This document shows positions 54,999 through 64,000 of a stretch of DNA of 64,000 nucleotides, piece by piece. Both the position numbers and the translations under genes were made by a program. The notes beneath the pieces are model-generated. The model had not been told where the DNA came from, searched no databases, and was given only the letters and a program-made list of their open reading frames with translations. Numbering within the stretch: position 1 is the stretch's first letter; each line of letters begins with the position of its first letter. The stretch comes from the human T2T-CHM13v2.0 reference genome, Homo sapiens, in the NCBI RefSeq assembly GCF_009914755.1, contig NC_060932.1, one strand, 5' to 3'.

Positions 54999-55482
54999 GT
55001 AGAATAATGACATATTCTAGCAGCGCCATTAGGGTTGCTGAATAGGCAGACTTTCTATTTTTAATTTTTTTTTTTTTTGCTATGACTGTAAATTTTCACT
55101 TGGGAAAAAATTATTGGATTTTAAGCATCTTAATCTTTTTCACTTCAAAAATACCATCATAATGATGCCACAATACAACAGGCACTTAGTTCTTCCGAGT
55201 GGCTTACCCAGAATTATTATTGGTGGGTGTAGTGGCCTCTGAGTATCTGTCATCGTAACTTTCAAGTCAAGTTACCCCAGGAAGGAGGAAGAAATATGTT
55301 CTTCATTTTACACTTGGTGGCAGTCATTGTAGATGCCATGTTTCCTGGTGAAAAATGATCATGCTCTGAACTCTGCATCTGCGATCTGGCAAAAGTTGTT
55401 GCTTTAAAAAAATCATTTCAATGAATAAAAATGGAGCTTACTAATTTCTGTGGATCCTGAGAGGAGCAATGGGGACAGGCGT

Positions 55483-55597
55483 CATGTCACCTCTCTTTCT
55501 GTCTCTGAATGTCCATCTGTAAAATGGGGACTATGAGTGACCTCAAAGAGAATGCTTGCTGAGCATTCTGGAATGTACTGTGCAGATGGCAAATATG
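55483..55597 (+). mobile_element. MIR fragment
   Basis: catctgtaaaatgggga core. Confidence 0.6.
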
Positions 55598-56319
55598 ACT
55601 CATTTTCACATATGGCCCTTCCCCAGAAAGAAGGGCTGGGCAACAGTTTCCCTGAATCTTTGCAGGCATGGGCACCAATGAGCATTTATGAAGTGTTTAG
55701 AATTGTGCAGTATATCACTTGGTAGGCACATACATTTGGTCTGAATCTTGATGAAGAAGTTTTTTAAAAAAAAAAAAAAACAAAACTTCTCCCTGTTTTC
55801 CTGGCATAATATTCTGAACAGCAGCAACGCAATCTGTTGTTTGTTTAGAAAAGATGGCAGAAGGGTGTATGTAGTGTGTGTGCATGTGTGTTTGTTTGTT
55901 ATGGAGGGATATCTGTTCACAGTGCAGTAAAAGAGTAATCCTACAACATAGAGTTACCTGAATTAGTTATTATCATTTGGGAAGACGTTGAGGTTTAGAA
56001 TGAATTAGTTAAAGCTCTGCTCCCATGGTGGGCGTATAGCAGAGAAAATCCTCTCTTTAGCCTTCCCTCCCCAGTGTGGGCATATGCACACATGTGCACA
56101 GACACACACACATACAGACACATGGCAGAGGGGATTTTATCTCATGGTCTTCCCATAGTAGAATTCTTCTGGCCTTGGCTTCAGCAGCCCTATCTATTCT
56201 TTCCCCACCTCTCCTACTCCCTTTCATCTTGGAGGCTGGGCTTTGCTAGAGAGCAAGGGAAGCTTCTGAGCTGGTGGAAGAATCGCCATAGCAACATGGC
56301 ACTGAGTCCTGCCCCCAAA

Positions 56320-56383
56320 GGTCTCAGCCATGCTTGGCTTTGCTTGGCTTTGGTCTTAGCCATGCTTGGCTTTGGTCTTAGCC
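56320..56383. repeat. 22-bp tandem repeat with a nested 10-bp duplication
   Basis: ggtct(c/t)agccatgcttggcttt about 2.5 times plus an extra gcttggcttt. Confidence 0.9.
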
Positions 56384-56772
56384 CAAGTGAAGCAATATGA
56401 GGGTCTTTCTCACCTCTCACTTTGCATGGCCCAATCAATTGTGACTTTGAGCTACCTTTCAAACCCAGATAGACTCATACCCCCGGCCTCTGCATGCCTT
56501 TGTGAGCTGGCTTTTCTTTTTTCTCCATCAGTGCCAATTTATTTACATGTTTCAGATAACGAGCCAGTGTTCCCCAATGTTGAGTTGGCAGCCACTTACT
56601 GTTGTGATTCAGGACTCCTGGGAAGAGCTTCCTCTGAATAAACATTTCACTCAGAAGAGGAAGGGATGCTTGGAGGGCAAAAGTGGCAATCTTAGGGTAA
56701 TGAAGCAAGTGCTGGTGTTTCAGTTAGGAGATTGGGGTTCAAATCTATTTCCTGTAAACATCATAGAGCTGG

Positions 56773-56776
<4 letters not shown>

Positions 56777-56810
<34 letters not shown>

Positions 56811-56820
56811 CATGTGTGTG
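56777..56820. repeat. (TG)n microsatellite, 13 pure units then interrupted
   Basis: Read directly from sequence. Confidence 0.95.
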
Positions 56821-56996
56821 TTTTCTAACCAATAATTGAACTACAGATACATGCAACAATATGGATGAATCCCAGTAATGCAATGGTGAATATGAAAAAT
56901 AAGCTCCAGATTATCTATTTTATGATAAAATTCAACCTCAAGTAAAACTAAACAACATTGTTTAAGAATGCATGTATTGTGACTTTAAAAAAAAAA

Positions 56997-57022
56997 GTGT
57001 GTGTGTGTGTGTGTGTGTGTGT
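56997..57022. repeat. (GT)13 microsatellite
   Basis: Read directly from sequence. Confidence 0.95.
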
Positions 57023-57185
57023 AAAAGCACCATAAACATTTTGGCTATCATGGGAAAAATAATTGCATAGGAGAGGTGAATATAAATTATTATTAATGTG
57101 GAGTCCTTGGGTTGAGTCATGAGTTTATGAATATTCATTATTTTATTTAAATCACTTAGTTAATTAAAGCAAGAAGGACCATGCC

Positions 57186-57254
57186 TAGACAGTAATGATG
57201 GTAGGTCCTGAAGCAATGATTGTGGTTAGTCCAATTCCATACATTCAAGGACCA
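57186..57254 (+). pseudogene. Degenerate SNORD112-like C/D snoRNA segment at the L1ME 3' end
   Basis: By-eye similarity to remembered SNORD112 (TGGACCAATGATGA..TGAAC..GATCATGATTAATCCAGTTC..CTGAGGTCCA); C and D boxes are mutated. Confidence 0.45.
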
Positions 57255-57499
57255 CAAGATCAAAACCAAAGAAAAGATTTCTTAACTGTAGTTGTGGATG
57301 CAGGTTACCCATGCTCTCTGAACCTTAATTACATTACTTGCAAAATGAAGGGTTTGAGCTAACTTGTCTCATGGATCTGTGCTACATAGAATAGCAATGT
57401 TGTTGAGAGTGACTTTACAGCCAGATTGCCCGGGGTTAGTAGCTCAACTGTGTCACCTCAGCAGTGCAATAGGCCATTGTAATGTCAGCACTGCCTATG

Positions 57500-57797
57500 A
57501 TTTTGTTATCGATATCACAGATGTTTCTGTATCACATTAAAATTTTTCAGGTACCTCAGAATATTATTTACAGTCATAATTCCTTCAAAATTGTAGTAGT
57601 TAGTGGACCTGCTTCTAGATCTTATTGCTGAATGAATTAATACAAGCACATATATTACTATATTATATGGTTTTATTTTGAAAACTGTGTTATAATATAC
57701 TTGATTTCCTTTGTAATCCTGTTTTTTCTGAGGTGGGTTCTGTAGATTTCACCAGAGAGTCAAAGGGACCTGTAGCTCAAAAAAGGTACACAATCTT
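57500..57797 (+). mobile_element. hAT-Charlie (Charlie4-like) DNA transposon fragment
   Basis: tttcctttgtaatcct..ttctgag..ttcaccaga..caaaggg..caaaaaaggt terminal region; orientation nominal. Confidence 0.6.
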
Positions 57798-58749
57798 TAT
57801 AGAAAACTCAAAATTCTCCAAACACATAAACACACATACACACAGAGAGAGATGCATAGTTCTGTTAAATTGATAGAATAACTTGGGTGGCCTGAGAAAG
57901 TTTGAATGTTTTTCCCATCCATTTCCCATAAGCTGTATTTTTGGTGTTCATCTTTCTTTTTGATAGGTCATCTGCATTTACTCCTTTGAAGATGAATAGC
58001 AAGATGGTATTTTTGACACTTTAAATACATGAAGAAGTGTGCTCATTACCTTTTCAGTTAAACTTCACAAAGGAAAACAATTCTTTTGGAAATGATCTAA
58101 ACGTGCTAAAATATTTCCTTCAAGTTCTGAATCACTTGTGAAAACTCTTGAGAAAATTTTAGGACCTGAAGGTCTTTGGGTTGTTTCTTCCCATCTAAAA
58201 ATGAGGGTCAGACAAAGTGCAAAATGACACCCTCACAGCATTTCCTACAACACCCTCTTTTAAGAAGATGAACACACATGCCCCTGTGTGTTGCAATCCA
58301 TCTAGGGAAGAATTTCTATGATTTCTACTTACGCTTTCTTATTCATTGACTTCACCCTGGGGACTTGAATCCCAATTAGTTCTTATAAAATTATTTACCT
58401 CCATGTAAGGTTTTAGTATAAATGTACAGCAGATGTGGTAGACACTAATTTGAGCCACATGCCCAGCAGTTTAGGAGGGATTTGTCAGGAGCCTATTTGT
58501 ATGAAGGACCAAGGAGTCTTTGAGAAGAAGGACTCTCAAATGAAGAGGAAATAGAGGCAATACATAATCTTGGTCCTGGGACAATAATCTGTTGTTAGAG
58601 GAGTGCCAATTTTCAGCAGAGAATGAAATATATCTTTCAGATTGTTCTTTGGCCATCTGGGACTGGAGCAGATCTCAGAGATGGTAAATACGACAGAGCT
58701 GGCTTACAGAAGAATCTCTGTAATTTTCTTGGAGCTACTTTCTAGCCTC

Positions 58750-59245
58750 TGTGGTGAATCTAACAGATGGTGCAGCTTTTGGTTGTCTCACCATCCACCC
58801 CTTTTTCCCTGTGTAGCATCCTTTTGTGGGTAGCAGTCATTCTGCTTCCACCCCCTGAGTAAATCAGCATAATTTCATTTCCCGACCATAAATATTGGTT
58901 TCAAGGATGGGCACAGGACAGAAGGTGACTCAGTCAAAGTGAAGCCCTGAACTTGTGTTGGGTGGTAAGGGAAAAACGTCCTATTTCTTGGAAAAAGTGA
59001 AGTGTGGGCTTAACATCTGGATATGGTGTCCCATGGCGGAAGCCAGCCTGGGATGAAGGATGACTAGGAAGGAGGGGAGAGAGACAATGTGTTTGTGTGG
59101 AAGCAGAGCTAGAACCCTGACCACAACAGGCCTGAAGCTGCTGTATTGCAGGATTTTTCTGGTACATAAACAATATAGTGCCTTTACTATTTAAACCACT
59201 TTTATTTATGTATCTTTTTGTTATCGGGAGCCAAAATTGTTGCTT
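58750..59245 (+). mobile_element. MLT1 (K/L-type) LTR
   Basis: attggtttcaaggatgggcac..gccagcctgggatgaag..gcctgaagc..tttaaaccactt. Confidence 0.65.
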
Positions 59246-59799
59246 ATTTTGGTCACTGGATTGTGGTGACGGGCATGTTAACTTCTAGAAAGGAGGAGGA
59301 AGATGCAAGATTAGAAAACCACAGTTAGTTGGATTCCTTAGCCTTGTAGCCCTCTGCAGAAGTTTGTTCATGAGATAATATTATGAATATCCCAATTTTT
59401 CAGATGAAAACACATATTCATTGAGAAATCTGCTGGCGAGTCTCATGGTCCCATATGAATTACTATGTAAATTAAGAATAGAAACCACTATCTTTTGATT
59501 CTATTCCCAACTCATACAGAGAGCACAGATTATTGTTGACTTTTAAGTATTTATTTGAAGTTTTAAGACCTGGAGGCATTTTACTAAATTCTTTCAGATT
59601 TGGGACATGTGTATGACTTAGGTCCCCCTGAAATTCACCCACAAAGAATAACTAGCTGATCTGGTGTTGACACTCTTTTATTGTCATTAGATGAAGATGA
59701 CAGGGTATATATTATTGAAATAACTTCAACCCCCAATAGAAAAATTGTACTCATGCTCCAGCTCATGGAATTTCTCTGGCTGGCAAGAAGGTTAGACTA

Positions 59800-59920
59800 T
59801 AATAATTGCGATTGTTTATTGAGCGTGAGCTTTATGTTAGGCATTGTGTTAAGTGCTTTATATGCATTATCTCATTTAATCTTTACAAAAACTTAAAAGG
59901 TTGTTACTATTATGCTGTTT
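59800..59920 (-). mobile_element. MIR fragment
   Basis: tttattgagc..tatgttaggcattgtgttaagtgctttatatgcattatctcatttaatct. Confidence 0.8.
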
Positions 59921-61839
59921 TTGATACAACGCAACATTAGAAATGCAACAGGAATGTGACTTGGGGGTGCTGTTAAGAGGTTTATGGGGGTTAATAATCT
60001 CAGGCCTCTCTGGGGCATTAATACATTACCATTCAATATGATAAAAACCATCATGATGCCACTCAGGATATAAACAAGTCCCTGTAAAATGGTTTTATGT
60101 CATTCATGAACTGAAAATTGCTGTCTTAGATGCTGCCACTAATCTTTTTCTAAAATCTTCAGTGTTGGTCCTTTTGAGTTTGAATAACATTACAATTTTT
60201 GAAAATTTTCTTTCTGTATGGGAAATAAAATTAATTTTTCAAAATACAGTGTTATTTTATATTTGAAAGTAATTTTATTGAATACTTCATGCTTCATTTG
60301 TTGACAACTATATATGTGTCTATAAGAAGAGGGGCATTGCATTTCTGAATGACGGTGATGAAGAATCAATTTTTGTAACTGCATATCATTACATTTTTAT
60401 TTTAAAGTTGGAATAATGGTTTTATAGTTCCAAGGTATTTTAGATAAGGTTAATTATTCAGACCTTTTCATAAGAACAAACATGTATCTAAGACATGTTT
60501 AGTAAAATGCAATTATATGTCTTACAGCAAAGCTTTTTATAAAACATATTTCTTGAAGGTGAATGGTATTTCTGACTGAAATGGCTAAGCAATTAAAAAT
60601 AAATTCCTTTGAAGGAAAATTTACCAATGGAGATTGAAGTATTTGGGGGTAAAAGTGGTTAAGATGTTGCCAATTCAGGAGCTACTGGGCCTCATAGTAC
60701 ATCACTGGATATTGGCTGAACAAGGTTTTAAACTAGAAGTTTGCTTTTTCCTTAAGATATTTTCTTAGCTTGAGGATATCCTTTCTTCTGAGTGCTAGGT
60801 GTCATTCCCTCCGTCGTATGTTCTTCTTGGGTCAGGAGGACTCGTAAATATTTTTCTTCTTTCTGGTGATCCTTTGATTTTACATTCAAACCCGGCAAAA
60901 CTGTATTGCATTCTTTCTTGCTTTACTTATCTAAAACCCCGACTAGGTCATTATTTCCCTATGAGTACATGAGACTGCAATGTTGTATTTTGCCAGGAGG
61001 TTTCACCATCTCACACATGATTCATAACATCCTCAAGTTCAAGATTTCAGGAAGAAATTAGATTCTAACTGATTTGATAAAGTTTTATAAACTTGAAAGT
61101 CTACTCTCAAATTTACTTAGAACAAGTATTATCTTGTAAGAGTTTCTCATTTACAATAGCTACATTACTGAACGGTCAAAAGTGGACATTTTTCTAACAA
61201 ATGGTATCAAATACAAACACATAATTAACTTATCTTAGCCGCTCCTCTCAAAGCGAGGCAGCTCCTGCCAATCTATGGAGCTTTGGAGACAGATAAACGA
61301 GAAGGTGAGGAGCAGTGGCTTCGCTGCCTGCGGTATCTCTTTCTCCATCCACATACAGATAGAGTTTCTTCTCATCACCTTCAAATCCCCTTTAAGCTCC
61401 ACTCTTACTCATCTCTAAACTTGATCCTCTGACGACTGATCCAGACACAGCTGCAGGAGGTGGGTACCTGTCTTCGCTGAAAGCTAGACTTGGCTCGTCC
61501 TAGTTCTTGTTTAGTGTGCTGCTTTCTCTACAACTGATCTGCAGTAAAAGAGAAAATGTCTGCACTCTACTTCCTGCATTCATGCTGGTACAGTGACATT
61601 TGCATGCAAAGACATGAAAATTATGTGGACTAAAATGAATTCTTGAAATAAGCATGCATGCCCCCTTCACCTAATCAATGTGGTGTTGGATAAAGACAGC
61701 AATCAGTCAGATCTAGGGAGGGAGTTAGATGAGTTGACCTGAAGGCCTTGCAATCCTGATTGTCTCTGAATCTAAAGACTGGAGGAGAATTGCACCAGCA
61801 CTGAAAACCATGTGGCACAGCTATTGGTTGTATCCTTTC

Positions 61840-62927
61840 TTATCTTTACCACCTAAATTCAATTCAGAAGAAAGTACTGTTTTACATTTTTACATCTTAG
61901 TCTTCTTACATCTCTCAATCTCTCTACCCTAGTCCAACTTTTTTTCACCTCTTGCTTTACCACAGCCTTCTAATCTGTATTTTTGCTTCTCCCTGGCTGC
62001 CTTCCAATCAGTGCTACGGAGCATGGCTAGACGAAATTGGTGAAAATGAACTTCCAATTATGCTATCCCCTACAAGCACTTCTTATGGATCTTAGGATTA
62101 AAACTCACATTCTGAGCTGGATAGCAAGCAGCAAATGGTGTGATCCTGCTTTGAGGTTCTCACCACTACACCTCTGCCTAAGGCTGGGAGCAAGGATTTC
62201 CAGAGTCCTCTTCCCTTCATGGTCCTGGGTTAAACATTGCCAATGACAGGATCTGATTTGAGATTCTCAAGTGGTCATGGGGTTCAGACATGGGGTTGTC
62301 GTACACTCAGAAGTTTCATGGACCTTTCTGGAAACTCCTACTCTGTGGTTGAAGTGGGCTTTACAGTCTTCCCTTTAAGTTCATCTTCCCATTCACCCTC
62401 CCAGACTCCAGGCCGAAGCTGCTGGCAACTGTTTCTCAGATTTCTTAGCCACGTCTTTCTAGACTTGCACTTGTCTGCCTCTTCTCATATCCCTGAAAGT
62501 TCTACTTCCTATATGAAATCCTCACCTGCTTACCTCTCCTGCTCATTCTCTGATTCATTAATTTTGCTTTTCAGTTTGCTTCCCTTATTCCCATGTAGGC
62601 ATTCTTTCACCAAATTAGCTTAACTTTTCTGTCTAAGTTGGAAGGTAGACCTCACTTTTTCATAGGATTCTTCCTTGAAACCTAGATTAGGTCTAGTCCC
62701 CCAGTTATGTGTCCTCCTACCTTTATTTAGGATAAAGGTAGAACAACACATATCCTTTATTTGGGATCCCTTATTTAGGATATGATTCTCTTAAAGAGTG
62801 TCTTCTGTGCAGGACCTTAAGCTCCATCAGAGCGGGGACTGAGTCTGTTTTTCTCAGGATCTGGTTCAGTGCTTGACACATAGTAGGCCCTCGATTCACA
62901 TTTGTTGAGTGAATGAAGGAATGAACA
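61840..62927 (+). mobile_element. L2 LINE 3' fragment(s)
   Basis: accctagtccaa..acagccttctaa..cttaggattaaaac..taagctccat..gcttgacacatagtaggccctc..atttgttgagtgaatgaa. Confidence 0.75.
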
Positions 62928-64000
62928 TGCTGGGCTTTTATAAATCTACCCCGTGGGTCTGCCTGAATAGATATAAAGCAGTCAGATGGATGTGATATGG
63001 ACCTTGTCCTTCTTGATCTGACTTGTTTATCCAGGGACTCTCTTTCTCAATGATATATTTTCTCTTTAGCTCATTTCAGTTTGGGAGATCTATGTGATAA
63101 CTTCAGCACCCTATTTTTAAACATATTCATGGTAATGAACACTTCTGATGGAGATGATTTAATTTTTTAAAATTTTGCCCTTTACTTGAAAAGCCTGAAG
63201 ACATAAGCTCAGTAAAATATAATGAAAAGATCTGAAGTTCTCAACAGTGAAAATTAATAAAATATCAAGCAGCACATAGATGGTGGTCTCATCTTGCCCT
63301 ACACGGACACATGCTTGTCCTCTGCTCAGGGACTTCCTCTTCCTAAGCGGTACTCTGTGTGTGGACTTTACCCATTTCATGACTGTGATGGATAACACTT
63401 CACACTTTAATGTCATATAGCACACATTATAACACCTGATCTTTTCGTAACTGACATTCTTTTCTCCACTATCTCCAAATAGAATTTTAATGGTTAATGT
63501 AACCTATTGGATGGTTCTCAGGAAAATTTTAGCCAAGCATTTTTGCCTAATGACCTGAGCTATTGCTGTCACTTTCCACATCTTCTTGGTCTGGAAAGCC
63601 AGGCTTTCAGTGAGTGCTGAGCTATGGCATGGACATGTTGATAAATGCCAGGGTAGGAGACTGATGAATAAAGGAATGAGGCTGATGGCAGGGCATGGCT
63701 GGAAGCCAGAGAATGTCATCTCCCCTTCAAGGTAGGGGGCCCGAAGTAGAGGGAACAGATCAAGATGAATGACCACCCGAGTAGTTCTTAGACTTCTTTT
63801 TCCTTTTCCTATAGACTTTCTCTTCTTCCCCAATTTCCCAGTCTCATTTAATGTAAGGTACATATCATAACACACAACACTGAATAATCATGAATTTATC
63901 TCTTTCTCTTCAAAGTCCTTGAAAAATAGCGAATGTGCCCCCAACAACTAGACATTTCAAACTGATGACCTTTTTCTTTCTGTCCTTCCTATGATTTTGT

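Larger units (their letters stand above)
56830..57275 (+). mobile_element. L1ME 3' fragment
   Basis: gaactacagatacatgcaacaatatggatgaatc..aaaactaaacaa..gtttatgaatattcatt; A-rich end. Confidence 0.7.

Noticed and set aside
60478-60500. p53/p63-like element AAACATGTAT-cta-AGACATGTTT
   Set aside because: One mismatch and a 3-bp spacer; plausible by chance in 64 kb of AT-rich DNA

Overview
This is AT-rich, CpG-poor primate (very probably human) non-coding DNA, either intronic or intergenic. I found no recognisable protein-coding gene, intact RNA gene, CpG island or CRISPR array, and I cannot name the locus. The recognisable ORFs in the track are read-throughs of Alu, L1, L2 or MaLR repeats; the rest are short and match no protein I recognise. 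The window is mostly interspersed repeats. It holds about 10 Alus/monomers (AluJ to a near-consensus AluYa5) and a 9.4 kb minus-strand L1 block made of two copies joined at a microhomology. It also holds a two-LTR MaLR provirus whose LTRs disagree, four THE1 solo LTRs, several MLT1 and LTR16-type LTRs, hAT DNA transposons, and many L2, MIR and L1M fragments. I see no evidence of a new biological system. The most notable observations are rearranged or chimeric retroelements, a likely polymorphic AluYa5, a degenerate SNORD112-like segment and candidate regulatory DNA. Repeat families and subfamilies were called by eye against remembered consensus sequences, and boundaries of old repeats are approximate; confirm with RepeatMasker/Dfam.
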